This document shows, one piece after another, positions 19,297 through 28,505 of a stretch of 55,236 bases of DNA. Source of the DNA: a virus (taxonomy: Duplodnaviria; Caudoviricetes); the IMG/VR virus record IMGVR_UViG_3300014658_000002, positions 1-55,236 of that record; one strand, given 5' to 3'. The stretch's first letter is position 1, and each line of letters starts with the position of its first letter. Position numbers and translations under genes: made by a program. The notes under the pieces were generated by a model that searched no databases, was not told the DNA's origin, and was given only the letters and a program-made list of their open reading frames with translations.

Positions 19297-19920
19297 ATGA
19301 CAACCCCATCAAATCCAAATTCTACACCTGATACTCTCAAAGAACAGAAAAGATTAGCTGAAAATGAGCGGATGCGTCTGTGGAGACTTGCCCATAAGAA
19401 TGATGACAACTACCGTTTGCGCCGGAACGAACGTGAGAAACTGCGCCGCCGAAAATTAGTAAAAGAGAGCGAGGAATTCCGCCTACTCGAAAGTGAGCGC
19501 AGTACTGCTTATAGGGTTAAGCACCCCGAAAAGAAAAAGCAAACCTGCCAGCGGTATAGAGACACCCACAAGGAACAAATCAAAAAATACGGTAAAGAGT
19601 ATCAAGCAAAATATCACCAAATTAATAGAAAACGGATACGCGACAGAGACCTTCAAAGAATCTATGGAATAACGTTGGAACAGTGGGATAAGCAATTCGA
19701 GTCTCAGGGGAACAGGTGCGCGATATGCGGCACAGACAAACCGGGGAAACGGAATAATTGGTCCACTGACCACAATCACGCCGATGGGGAGGTAAGAGGG
19801 ATTCTGTGCCATACCTGCAATATGATCCTGGGACTATCCGAAGACAGCATTGACCGTCTCGAAAAGGCCATCGCTTATTTGCAGAATCCCCCGTATCGCT
19901 CTATCCGAGAACCGATCTAA
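19297..19920 (+). CDS. Endonuclease VII-family (HNH-like) homing-type endonuclease, antisense to the packaging operon
   Basis: YGITLEQW...QGNRCAIC...DHNH...VRGILCHTCN.ILG...LEKAIAYL; basic N-terminus; GGAGG RBS before ATG 19297. Confidence 0.9.
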   Translation: MTTPSNPNSTPDTLKEQKRLAENERMRLWRLAHKNDDNYRLRRNEREKLRRRKLVKESEEFRLLESERSTAYRVKHPEKKKQTCQRYRDTHKEQIKKYGKEYQAKYHQINRKRIRDRDLQRIYGITLEQWDKQFESQGNRCAICGTDKPGKRNNWSTDHNHADGEVRGILCHTCNMILGLSEDSIDRLEKAIAYLQNPPYRSIREPI

Positions 19921-20248
19921 CCACTGTGCCGAACATCTCGTCCTTGAGCCGCTGATTTTCTGGCAACTCATTGTAAGGCACGAAGCAAGGATGCTCTTTG
20001 GTTTCAGGATTCTTGACGGGGCCATACTTCCACCCTGTTGCCGCCTTCTCTGCCAGCCATCCTTCATGTGATTGTTCTGGCGATGTTGAGGGGTTGTCGA
20101 GGATCATCTGAACGCCTTTGATAGCGCTCGATTTTTGCCACTCAGGAGCGTCTTCCCATTTTGGTTGAGACGTATCCCCCATAGCCAAGCAGAGAATCCT
20201 GTTGGCCTCATGTACTGCGCGGGCAGCATTTTGCACTCGTTCGCTCAT
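19901..20248 (-). CDS. RyR-domain protein
   Basis: HEGWLAEKAATGWKYGPVKNPETKEHPCFVPYNELPENQRLKD is the RyR repeat signature. Confidence 0.85.
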   Translation of the reverse strand: MSERVQNAARAVHEANRILCLAMGDTSQPKWEDAPEWQKSSAIKGVQMILDNPSTSPEQSHEGWLAEKAATGWKYGPVKNPETKEHPCFVPYNELPENQRLKDEMFGTVVRSVLG

Positions 20249-20709
20249 TACAGTTTTCCTTTCAGTCCATCTTTCACGATCCGGGTATCGTCGCCGCCCT
20301 GCTCGTACATCTCAGCCGCCAGCTTCGGCACTGCCCGGATACGCTGACTCAGGATGCGTTCGTAGAGCTTGTCTTGGGCATCCAGCATCCGAATATTCAC
20401 GTCCCGGTTGAATGGGTCCAGATGGGCGTTTCTGGCGATTACAGAATCCCGTACCGACTTGCGGAAGTCCCGCTCCTTTTCCAGCTTCTTGACCGCCGCC
20501 CGTTCCTCGTCATCGATGTGCTGTTGACGATACTGGTCCATGAAGCGGTCTAGATCGCAAGCGTGGAGGCAGATGATTGTTTCGTAGCGGATTCCTTCGG
20601 GAACATTGAGTGGAGGAGCGCCCTCGATTCCAAAACTGAGGATTCTGGAGGTTCCAATTTCCCGGTAAACCACGGTTCTTTCGGTGCCGCACAATTGTAC
20701 GTTGCCCAT
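20248..20709 (-). CDS. Hypothetical protein, probably leaderless
   Basis: ATG 20709 lies 7 nt downstream of a -10 box; coupled to the RyR gene. Confidence 0.65.
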   Translation of the reverse strand: MGNVQLCGTERTVVYREIGTSRILSFGIEGAPPLNVPEGIRYETIICLHACDLDRFMDQYRQQHIDDEERAAVKKLEKERDFRKSVRDSVIARNAHLDPFNRDVNIRMLDAQDKLYERILSQRIRAVPKLAAEMYEQGGDDTRIVKDGLKGKL

Positions 20710-20716
20710 GAGACAC

Positions 20717-20745
20717 AATTTACACCGCTTGGACGCTAAGAGCAA
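20717..20745 (-). promoter_or_regulatory. Sigma70-like promoter
   Basis: TTGCTC-N17-TAAATT; a 14-bp palindrome copy lies just upstream (20762-20775). Confidence 0.5.
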
Positions 20746-20775
20746 TTGAGAATTTCTGGCAGTGCAAGATTGCAC

Positions 20776-20865
20776 CAAAACAAAAATGCCTCAACCGGGA
20801 GGAAGAGGCATTTTTGACCATCGACGAAAGGAACCACGTCTCAAGCTGCCAAGCCATGAGCGCAC
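20776..20865 (-). ncRNA. Putative small RNA 1 (~90 nt): 5' hairpin, CU-rich linker, terminator
   Basis: Own promoter upstream; 12-bp terminator stem 20781-20816 with T-tail; same architecture as sRNA 2. Confidence 0.6.
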
Positions 20866-20869
20866 TTGT

Positions 20870-20899
20870 AGTATACAAAACTTTGTGATAGGGTTGCAA
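20870..20899 (-). promoter_or_regulatory. Promoter of sRNA 1
   Basis: TTGCAA-N18-TATACT-ACAAGTGCG; same elements at the same spacing at 31720-31749. Confidence 0.7.
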
Positions 20900-20928
20900 T
20901 TGCCAAGTCACATGAGAGCAAAAATCAC

Positions 20929-21275
20929 GACAATTCGATTTTCGTTAAGGTTTGAGCCTTCATGCGCCTTGGCGTCCTGCACGAAAGGCAGGCGGGGCGG
21001 GAAGAGTGGTGCGCTCAGGGGAGCCTCGATAGCAGTCTGGACCAATCGCCTAAATCCTTAGGGATAAGCTGAGTGCGGCGGGTTCAGTCTGTTGGATGCC
21101 CGCTGTGGTGGTTAAGGCGTCAAACCAATCCCCGGCAAACACCCGCCCGCAGTGGAGACACTGCCCCTCGCCTGGCTCCGGTCACGCATGGGAAAAGGTG
21201 AACGGCGATAGCCCAAGCCTTGTGGCTCACCTGTACAACCGGGTTAACCACACCCTTCCCCCCACCTTCACCAGT
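20929..21275 (+). ncRNA. Putative structured non-coding region A
   Basis: No convincing ORF; GNRA-capped hairpins (GCAGTG-GAGA-CACTGC; CCTGC-AC-GAAA-G-GCAGG); first 44 nt are 35/44 identical to 31780-31823. Confidence 0.45.
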
Positions 21276-21301
21276 ACCGCATAGGATTAAGAACAAAGCA
21301 T

Positions 21302-23467
21302 TTAGTAGCTTGGAACAATCATTCCCTGAGTGCACCACGCATCGCCTAAAGCTTCTTTCACCTTCTTCGTTAATGGCCAACGAGACTGTATTCTAGCTGC
21401 GGAATTTTCTAGTTCGTGAAAAGTGGTCCAGCCCATGGCCGATGCAAAGATATTGTCGTCGTGTTGTCCTTGCATGTGGATCATCTCGGTTTTGCCTTCT
21501 CCTCCGATGTACTTTCGCACGAAGGTAGAAAGCTGCCGAATGACAATAGGATCATTCAGTACCAGCCAGCCGGTATTCACCGCATCCACCCAGCGGTCGA
21601 GAAGGTAAGGTCTGGTATAGGCTCTGGTCCACCATCCTTCCTGATGGCCTGAATCCTGCAAAACGTTTCCTTTCTTGTCGATGCGGATCATAATGTGATG
21701 ATCTAGAAAGCCCATGATCTTCAATTGGCTCTGACATTCATCTCCCGGTTTCCGCGTCTGTTCGATGATGAACTTCACAACCAAAGGATTCGCAGAGGTG
21801 ATGTTCCCGCTTCCGTCCGTTCCGTAGAGAACTGCTACTGCCGCCGCAATACGGCTCATCTGGGGTGAATTCACCCGGAGCGATGTGAGTGAGGCCACCT
21901 GAATATCGGGTCCAGTCCCGTGGCCGTGCTTATGAACCGAAAGAGTGGCCCTGTCCTCATTGGGCTTATTCAAACCTCCAGCCGTATCAATCGCAATGGC
22001 GTATTCCGCTCCGGGTTGAGGCTCCTCGAAAATGAGCAGTTTGTCGAAACACGCTTCATCGGTCGAATCGTCAAATGGCCGCAAAGGAACCAGATTCCAT
22101 CGGTACTCGTTGTCGTCCAGCCCCTTCCATTCGAGAATAATGTCTGGCTCGTTGGGGTTGACTGCCTCGCGGTTGGGCTCATAGGGAACGTTGTCGCTTC
22201 CCATCAGGATCGTTCTTCCGGTGACCGCATAGGCTGCATAGCTCTTTTCCCGCGCCTCGGTCACAAGGGTAATCGCCTCTTGCGTGAAAACTGGATCGTC
22301 TTTGGATTGGAAAGCATCGTTCGGCGTCACGGCATTGGCGGCAAGAAACTCGCGCTCCGCATGTTTTGCCACCGCCTCCTCATAACCGCACTGCCAGAAC
22401 CACTGAAACTCTTTCGGCATCTCCCAGCGCTGGCCCAGGACTTTCCAAAGATAATCCGTGGAACGAACAAACAACTCGCCACGGCGCCTCATCTTCCGCG
22501 TCGTGTCCGTGACGTGCTGTTCCCAAGGTTCAGGAAGGGGATGCTGGCGTAACCACGCCTCGGGCGGATAAAGGTCAGTCGCACAGGCCGGGGGAATGAA
22601 AAAGGCTTTGAACCTTCCCTTTCCGGAGGAGTAGAGTTCCCAGCTTTCCTTCTGCCAAGTCGTCGCCATCGACCCGGTACCCTCAAGAACCATGAACAAA
22701 GACGGTAACTGGTGGCAGGCAGGAAATAGACCTTCATCAAGGGTGTGTTTGGGGTTCGTATAGTCGCCAAGCTCGCTGATATGGAGGCAGGATGGAGAGT
22801 CGCCCTGTCCAATGCCGACTTCCTGCGCACCGGCCTGCACGGAGAGTCGAGAGCCATTCGTCCACTTCGGCTCGTTGATCTTGGTGGAGATTTGCGGGAC
22901 GCGCAGCCAGAACGGAAGCTTATCCTGGCAGGTGTCTATCATGTTTTTCAGTTTCTTCGATTGCTCAACCTGCACGGACGCCACAATTGCATAGGTGTTG
23001 GCGACGTAGAGAATGCGTTGGACGAAGAACAATGCTGTGACGGTGGACACACCTAATTGTCGGGCCTTGAGGATGAAAAGCTGGATAGCAATCTGGAGAT
23101 CGTCGCACTCGGCAAGAAAGGCGAGAAAGATTCTCTGCGCAAGACGGAAGTCGAAATGAACGATTTGCGTGTTGGCTGCGCGGATGTAGGCGTAACGGGT
23201 AACAAAATATTCTGCCGAGGCAAAGCAAAGGAATCGTTCGTTGGCTACCCAGCGCTTGATTTTCTTGACAGTTGCCGGGGATGGAGATTTGCCGTCTTTC
23301 CAGAAGAAGTAGGACCGTGCGCCAGTTTTCGACTTGGACACGTCGGCGTACTTGTTGATTTCCTCCACCATGAAGTCGCACTCGGCAACCGTATGGAAGC
23401 GCGGATCCCAGCCGTTTTTGCGGGCGAATCCGTCTATGGTTTCCTGGATAATCCGTTCGCTATACAT
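21302..23467 (-). CDS. terL: Terminase large subunit
   Basis: Walker A LKARQLGVST, Walker B LHISE, VLEGT coupling motif, nuclease IAIDTAGG and HDD motifs. Confidence 0.92.
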   Translation of the reverse strand: MYSERIIQETIDGFARKNGWDPRFHTVAECDFMVEEINKYADVSKSKTGARSYFFWKDGKSPSPATVKKIKRWVANERFLCFASAEYFVTRYAYIRAANTQIVHFDFRLAQRIFLAFLAECDDLQIAIQLFILKARQLGVSTVTALFFVQRILYVANTYAIVASVQVEQSKKLKNMIDTCQDKLPFWLRVPQISTKINEPKWTNGSRLSVQAGAQEVGIGQGDSPSCLHISELGDYTNPKHTLDEGLFPACHQLPSLFMVLEGTGSMATTWQKESWELYSSGKGRFKAFFIPPACATDLYPPEAWLRQHPLPEPWEQHVTDTTRKMRRRGELFVRSTDYLWKVLGQRWEMPKEFQWFWQCGYEEAVAKHAEREFLAANAVTPNDAFQSKDDPVFTQEAITLVTEAREKSYAAYAVTGRTILMGSDNVPYEPNREAVNPNEPDIILEWKGLDDNEYRWNLVPLRPFDDSTDEACFDKLLIFEEPQPGAEYAIAIDTAGGLNKPNEDRATLSVHKHGHGTGPDIQVASLTSLRVNSPQMSRIAAAVAVLYGTDGSGNITSANPLVVKFIIEQTRKPGDECQSQLKIMGFLDHHIMIRIDKKGNVLQDSGHQEGWWTRAYTRPYLLDRWVDAVNTGWLVLNDPIVIRQLSTFVRKYIGGEGKTEMIHMQGQHDDNIFASAMGWTTFHELENSAARIQSRWPLTKKVKEALGDAWCTQGMIVPSY

Positions 23468-24277
23468 CTAGTCTTTCTTGCCTTCGAGAAGCTTATGTTT
23501 GTCAGCGCTGAACTCTTGTATCTGCTCACCTAGCGCGGGGAAAGCGTCATCCCAGTCGTCATCGGCGTCACTGTCTGAATCGCGTTCCTCTGCTGGCCGG
23601 CCAAAGCCCAGATTGATCTCTATGCCTCCACCCTTCTTTGTGGGCAAGAACCCTACCGCCTCGTGCATGATGCGCTGTGCTGCCACATCCCCTCGATAGC
23701 GAACCAATTTTCCATCATCGTCTCGCAAGGGGACCCCGCCAACCATTATGGGCTCTCCAGCCTTCGCAGCCTCTACGGTTGCCTCTACGACCTCGGGATG
23801 AGCCAGAGCGGCCTTTAGCCTGCTCTCTACGCCCTTCATCTGGATTGCTGACGACATGATCGCCCCCAGAATCTCCATGGGGTTCACTCGGGCATGGACG
23901 CACATCGCCTCAAACGAAAGTTTCTTCAGGTCTGAGGCTTTGACCTGGCGAATGGAATTCATAAACGCCAAAGCGCACGGTTGATTGGACACTGCCGCGA
24001 AGCCAATGATTTCCTTGCGAGGCAGACTTTTCCCTGACCCGAAGCATCGCGTGAGGATTTCCGAGGGCTCGTGCGGCATCAAAGCTACTGCGGCGGGGTC
24101 GATGTCCAGGCGCTTCATCACGGCAAGCGGGGATTGAGAATAGCCGTTACGCCTGATTGATACGCTTGGAGAACCGTGCGAGCGCGTCTTCTTCGGACTC
24201 GAAGGATCTGTACTCTTCGGGGCTTTGGGGCGTCCGACGATCTCCAACCCGGCTGATGGTGGCTTCTGTTGTTTCAT
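23468..24277 (-). CDS. Putative terminase small subunit
   Basis: Directly upstream of terL; position only. Confidence 0.4.
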   Translation of the reverse strand: MKQQKPPSAGLEIVGRPKAPKSTDPSSPKKTRSHGSPSVSIRRNGYSQSPLAVMKRLDIDPAAVALMPHEPSEILTRCFGSGKSLPRKEIIGFAAVSNQPCALAFMNSIRQVKASDLKKLSFEAMCVHARVNPMEILGAIMSSAIQMKGVESRLKAALAHPEVVEATVEAAKAGEPIMVGGVPLRDDDGKLVRYRGDVAAQRIMHEAVGFLPTKKGGGIEINLGFGRPAEERDSDSDADDDWDDAFPALGEQIQEFSADKHKLLEGKKD

Positions 24278-24367
24278 CGATTTGAGGATACTCCCGGTCT
24301 GCCCATCGTTCAGCTACTTTCACTGCACGGTCGAGGATGGAGATGATTCGGTCAAGCTGTTTCGAGG

Positions 24368-24727
24368 TCATACTTCGGCCTCAGCTTGCAACGCCGGGTC
24401 CATCGGCTCATCATCTTCCCACTTGAATTGATTGAGGGGGAAGTGAGCGTGGCAGTTCACGCACATCGTTCCCGAATAGAAGTGGGGGTCGCGTGCGTAG
24501 GTTTCAGACAGCGCCAGCCCCATCGTCGTTACCGATCCGCACGTCAGGTGCCTGTAAGAGCGTCGAACAGGTTTTACGAATCCCTTGGCTCGTTCCTGAG
24601 GGCAGAGAACCACATAATCCTTCTGCATTCCTGTGGCTGGATCAATCTCGCGATGTTCGGGAGTTTCAGGGTTTCCGCTCAACATGCATCGCTTGGAGCG
24701 GTCAACTTCAGGGACTTCTGGCATCAC
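24368..24727 (-). CDS. Phage Zn-binding hypothetical protein
   Basis: HLTC...CVNC metal ligands; GFVKPVRRSYRH...ETYARDP segments. Confidence 0.7.
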   Translation of the reverse strand: MMPEVPEVDRSKRCMLSGNPETPEHREIDPATGMQKDYVVLCPQERAKGFVKPVRRSYRHLTCGSVTTMGLALSETYARDPHFYSGTMCVNCHAHFPLNQFKWEDDEPMDPALQAEAEV

Positions 24728-25236
24728 GCCTCCTTAACTCGGGTGAGAGTTAGAACCTTGTCATCGTCAGAGAGCGCCATCGCCAGTGTTCCCTTCTGAG
24801 CGAGCCGGAGCATATCCGACACTGCGATAGTCAGCAACCCACCGGCATCGTCGATCAGTTTGGCGACAGCAGCATTTACAAAAATCCTGCACTCTTCTTC
24901 GGACCACAACCGACGTGAATGGTTCACGAAGTTGGTTTTCAGGTCTCCGCGCTCTACGGCAGCATCCGCAGCTCTAGACATGAGCAGGTTTGCTAGATTT
25001 CTAGCCTGCTCGACAGAGAAGACGATATGTCCGACACCGTTCTCGTCGGGCTCCAAGTCGGGGTGATTCACAACGACTTTACCTTTTCCGTTCGTCCCTA
25101 TTTCTAGAGTATTCATGGCAATTTCGGTCATACATCCCTCCGTTTCCCCGATGATCTTCTTTCTCAACTCTGTTATTTTCTGCTCATAATCTTCCATTGA
25201 ACCAGGAAGATAAGTTGGTTTTTGCTTTCCTGTCAC
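24724..25236 (-). CDS. Hypothetical protein
   Basis: ORF overlapping neighbours at start/stop. Confidence 0.6.
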   Translation of the reverse strand: MTGKQKPTYLPGSMEDYEQKITELRKKIIGETEGCMTEIAMNTLEIGTNGKGKVVVNHPDLEPDENGVGHIVFSVEQARNLANLLMSRAADAAVERGDLKTNFVNHSRRLWSEEECRIFVNAAVAKLIDDAGGLLTIAVSDMLRLAQKGTLAMALSDDDKVLTLTRVKEA

Positions 25237-25724
25237 ACATCCCTCCGTTTCCCTGACCCGCGCAGAGACTTCGAGAAAGAAGACTTCTCCGGTTCGGGCG
25301 GCTTCAGTTCTGTTGGCTTGGGGATCGGCTGAGACGTTTCGCGGCGGAAGCGGTTGGGAGGAACCTCGTCAATCGTTCCTTTAGCCCAAACAGTTCCGCC
25401 GGGAGCTATCTGATGCTTTCCGATACCTCCGCTTGTCACCCTTCCGAAGTTGTCAAGATTGTAGGTGACCCACCAATCAGCACGAACACTTTCATCTTCT
25501 CGCCACCACGCCAAGTTCCACATCGCCTTGAACTTGGCGTAGGCAGTGTGCGCAAGCAGGGAGCACGTCTTGCCCAAACCTGCCTCGATCTGTTCTCGCA
25601 ACGGTTCTACCACATCGGCCGGCAAGTCCTGCGTCATGCGGACTGCAATTCCATGCTTGATTTCAGTTCCCGTCAATGGCTGAGGAATGGATACGGTATT
25701 TGCGCTCATCATTTCCCCTTGCAT
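25233..25724 (-). CDS. Hypothetical protein (start probably 25712/25709)
   Basis: AGGGG RBS, coupled to neighbours. Confidence 0.6.
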   Translation of the reverse strand: MQGEMMSANTVSIPQPLTGTEIKHGIAVRMTQDLPADVVEPLREQIEAGLGKTCSLLAHTAYAKFKAMWNLAWWREDESVRADWWVTYNLDNFGRVTSGGIGKHQIAPGGTVWAKGTIDEVPPNRFRRETSQPIPKPTELKPPEPEKSSFSKSLRGSGKRRDV

Positions 25725-25921
25725 GCTACGGACGCATTGGCCGTCATCACAGCCTCACGCACTTTGCGAATCGCCGCTGTCTTATCGGCGGATTCTGGAC
25801 ATAGTTCGTTGATTGCCGTTGCGAATGCCCTCGCTGAGTTGCGCAACTTCTCGTAAGTCACGAGGTCATCGCTAGATGGCGCGTGATAGATGAACCAATT
25901 CTCAATCTGCTCGATTGTCAT
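25709..25921 (-). CDS. Acb2/Tad1-like helical-hairpin protein (candidate signalling-nucleotide sponge)
   Basis: AAGGA RBS; IENWFIYHAP...YEKLRNSARAFATAINELCPESADKTAAIRKVREAVMTANASVA resembles the family pattern as recalled. Confidence 0.65.
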   Translation of the reverse strand: MTIEQIENWFIYHAPSSDDLVTYEKLRNSARAFATAINELCPESADKTAAIRKVREAVMTANASVACKGK

Positions 25922-26138
25922 GATATTCCTTTTCTGCCTCTCTGTACCTCTGTTGCAATGCCGCCATTTTCTCACGGGAACCTAACTTTGGCGGATGTTT
26001 CCCTTTTTCAATGTCGCGGATGGTCTTGCGAGTGATGCCGAGCGCCTGTGCTTCCTGTTCCTGGGTCAAACCGTGTTCCTTGCGCCAGCGGAGCCACTCT
26101 CCGGCATAGTCGCGGTTTGGGTCGCCGTGCTGCCTCAA
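25902..26138 (-). CDS. XRE-family HTH regulator
   Basis: LRWRKEHGLTQEQEAQALGITRKTIRDIEKGKHPP. Confidence 0.85.
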   Translation of the reverse strand: MRQHGDPNRDYAGEWLRWRKEHGLTQEQEAQALGITRKTIRDIEKGKHPPKLGSREKMAALQQRYREAEKEYHDNRAD

Positions 26139-26270
26139 CTTAGCGCCCCCAGCATTCCAAATCGATACGAAATATTTTTCCGCATCGTCTGCACACGTGA
26201 ATATTTGCTCCGTTCTCCGGAGTCATATTCAGTGCGTCTATGTGGCCGAATACCCAACAGAGAATGGCCC

Positions 26271-26507
26271 TCATGACGGCCTCACAATCATCGGCTGCTG
26301 TGGCTGGTCCATGCCGACAAACTGTGCGCTCAGAGTGTATCCACAGTGACCGCACCAGATGATCGACACCAGATGCCCGACTGGAGTCTTGACCACATTG
26401 CACATGAACTCCAGCGGCTCATGCTTGCATTTTGGGCAGTTTGGCTGATGAAGTCGGGCAGCATCTTTCTGGGCAAACTGAATGATTTTTTCGTCGCGGT
26501 CGTTCAT
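26271..26507 (-). CDS. Small zinc-ribbon protein
   Basis: GAGGG RBS; CPKC...CGHC. Confidence 0.65.
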   Translation of the reverse strand: MNDRDEKIIQFAQKDAARLHQPNCPKCKHEPLEFMCNVVKTPVGHLVSIIWCGHCGYTLSAQFVGMDQPQQPMIVRPS

Positions 26508-26626
26508 TTTCCCTCGTTTGGTGCGATATTGCACTGAATTCCGCGTCTTGGGTTTACCGGATGCGCGGCCCACGGAATGCCCAGCCATATTGAACTGGTA
26601 CCCATTTCCCCCGTGCGGGGGAACTT

Positions 26627-27064
26627 TCAGGCCGTCTGGCTCACGAGAATCGTATACGTATGAGTCACGCCGGGTGTGATGGGAACGGTGACCGAACCGT
26701 AGACAGTCGATCCGTTAGGCGCCGTGGTGCCGGCGGTGACGGTGACCGATGTGGCGGTATCGGTTGCGGGAACGGTCACGACGACCGAGGTTGAGTCCGC
26801 GGAAGGGGCCAAGGTTGCGTTGGTGTCGTCCGAAGTCCATGCGAAGGTTGAGCCAGAAGGAAGCGAGATCGGATTCCCGTTGTCTTCCAGTTGGGCGGTG
26901 AATGTTCCGGTAGTGCCTACTGAGATTGCCATTTTGCTCTCCAGTGTGACGTGAATTGAGAAAACATGGTGCTTGAGATGTTCAAGGATGCGGCGAAGAA
27001 GATAACGGTTCTCCCGCTCCAAATACAGAATCTCACGAAGATCGTGAAATGGGTTATCCATCAC
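26627..27064 (-). CDS. Ig-like domain protein (alternative start 26932)
   Basis: Beta-sandwich pattern FTAQLED...FAWTSDD...VTVTA, similar to Big_2-type domains. Confidence 0.65.
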   Translation of the reverse strand: MMDNPFHDLREILYLERENRYLLRRILEHLKHHVFSIHVTLESKMAISVGTTGTFTAQLEDNGNPISLPSGSTFAWTSDDTNATLAPSADSTSVVVTVPATDTATSVTVTAGTTAPNGSTVYGSVTVPITPGVTHTYTILVSQTA

Positions 27065-27516
27065 TGGCCATCCTGCCGCGATTCCTTTCCTCTACGGTAG
27101 GCTTCGATGATGAACTTGAATATTTTATCTCTCATCTCCACCTGATCTCCCGTAGAGGAAGGGGCTCCTGGTTCGCTCATTCCATCAATCTCGCACACAA
27201 GTTTGAAAACATCTCCATATGGTTCAAGCAAGTTCTTGATCCCGTTCAAGTCTTCTTGTTCTGGCGCGAGGAACATGCGACGTTGCCACTCTACAGCAAA
27301 TGGGACTAAACGAGAATCGCATTCTGGGAGTTTGTCGTCAACAAAATCAAAGCACTTTATCTCTTGCTCTTCGGTGGGCGCCATTGGATTCTCGCTCAGC
27401 CAGCGTATTCCAGCCATCAAACCTTCAGCGGCCAATTGTGAATCTTCCCCATTAGAACCTACGCTATATGCCGCCTTAAGCATTCCCTCCGGTACCAAAA
27501 TCTTTTTCTCGCTCAC
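27061..27516 (-). CDS. Hypothetical protein
   Basis: Coupled ORF. Confidence 0.6.
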   Translation of the reverse strand: MSEKKILVPEGMLKAAYSVGSNGEDSQLAAEGLMAGIRWLSENPMAPTEEQEIKCFDFVDDKLPECDSRLVPFAVEWQRRMFLAPEQEDLNGIKNLLEPYGDVFKLVCEIDGMSEPGAPSSTGDQVEMRDKIFKFIIEAYRRGKESRQDGQ

Positions 27517-27917
27517 ACCTTCCTCCAGTTCCCGTGCTTCACCTTTGCGCTATGCTCAGGCTTTCCGCAAGCCATCGTCTCTCCACTCTCGCCATCATAT
27601 TCAGTGTAGGAGCACATCACGGTTTCCTCTTCAACAAATTCATCAAAGGCGACGGCTGCATGAACCGGTCTATCCACAATCGCCCGAACTCCCTCTGAAG
27701 CGATTCGTAGCTTTGCCGCAATTTCAGGCGATTGAACTCTCGAAAAATCCCCGGCCTGAGCCTGCGCATTCAGAATATCTCCAGCAGGAACATACAATTT
27801 TCGGTTTCTGTTCTTCTTACACGTTAAGCACTCCCGCTTTCCATCAGGCCTGTGATAAAGATTCTCCTCCACCATCCGATGCCCACGAGAACACTTTTCA
27901 CTCTTCAACGCGCCCAT
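27513..27917 (-). CDS. Protein with N-terminal Cys/His finger
   Basis: CSRGH...ENLY.RPDGKRECLTC, a finger usually appended to phage HNH nucleases; first gene after an AT-rich promoter-like stretch (27920-27955). Confidence 0.65.
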   Translation of the reverse strand: MGALKSEKCSRGHRMVEENLYHRPDGKRECLTCKKNRNRKLYVPAGDILNAQAQAGDFSRVQSPEIAAKLRIASEGVRAIVDRPVHAAVAFDEFVEEETVMCSYTEYDGESGETMACGKPEHSAKVKHGNWRKV

Positions 27918-28286
27918 AAGTGAATAATACTCTTATTTGCCCAATAATCAAGTGGAAAATTCGCTTTTCGGGTGAATAATTCTCTTTCTGACCAAAATCC
28001 ATGAATCCATGTTTGGGCTCAGGAACGTTCCATGCCATCACGCCGCCCTGTCCTGGACAACCTCTCGCCACATCCTTCATGCGCCACATGGACAAATTCA
28101 CGACAACCCACGGCAGGCAAAGCACTTAGGCGCGCCAGTGAGGGCTGCCGCAGGCATGGAACGCGGCGAGGCATCGGGGAACGGAGCAAGAAGCAAAAAA
28201 TGGAAGATGAGAGGGAAAACGTTTCTGATTACACCCCATTGCTCCCTATTGCGGAAAGATGCGGTAATATTGGCGCAGGAGGATCA

Positions 28287-28466
28287 ATGAACCAGCTTAT
28301 GGAGGAGTGGGTAACCCCGAAAGACGCTGCCGCATACTTGGGGATCAGTGTGAAGACTGTGAGGGGTTGGTGTGTGTCTGGAAGGCTTATATCACGCAAG
28401 CTTGGATACAGGACGATACGGATTGCTACGGTGAGTATCGAGAAGATGTTAGAGAGAAAAGACTGA
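28287..28466 (+). CDS. Excisionase/MerR-like HTH_17 DNA-binding protein
   Basis: AGGAGG RBS; WVTPKDAAAYLGISVKTVRGWCVSGRL...TIRI. Confidence 0.85.
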   Translation: MNQLMEEWVTPKDAAAYLGISVKTVRGWCVSGRLISRKLGYRTIRIATVSIEKMLERKD

Positions 28467-28478
28467 ATTACCCACCGC

Positions 28479-28505
28479 TTAGCACTCAATGAGCATGATT
28501 GCTAA
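28479..28505. promoter_or_regulatory. CIRCE-like element (HrcA operator)
   Basis: TTAGCACTC-N9-GATTGCTAA versus consensus TTAGCACTC-N9-GAGTGCTAA (1 mismatch). Confidence 0.65.
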
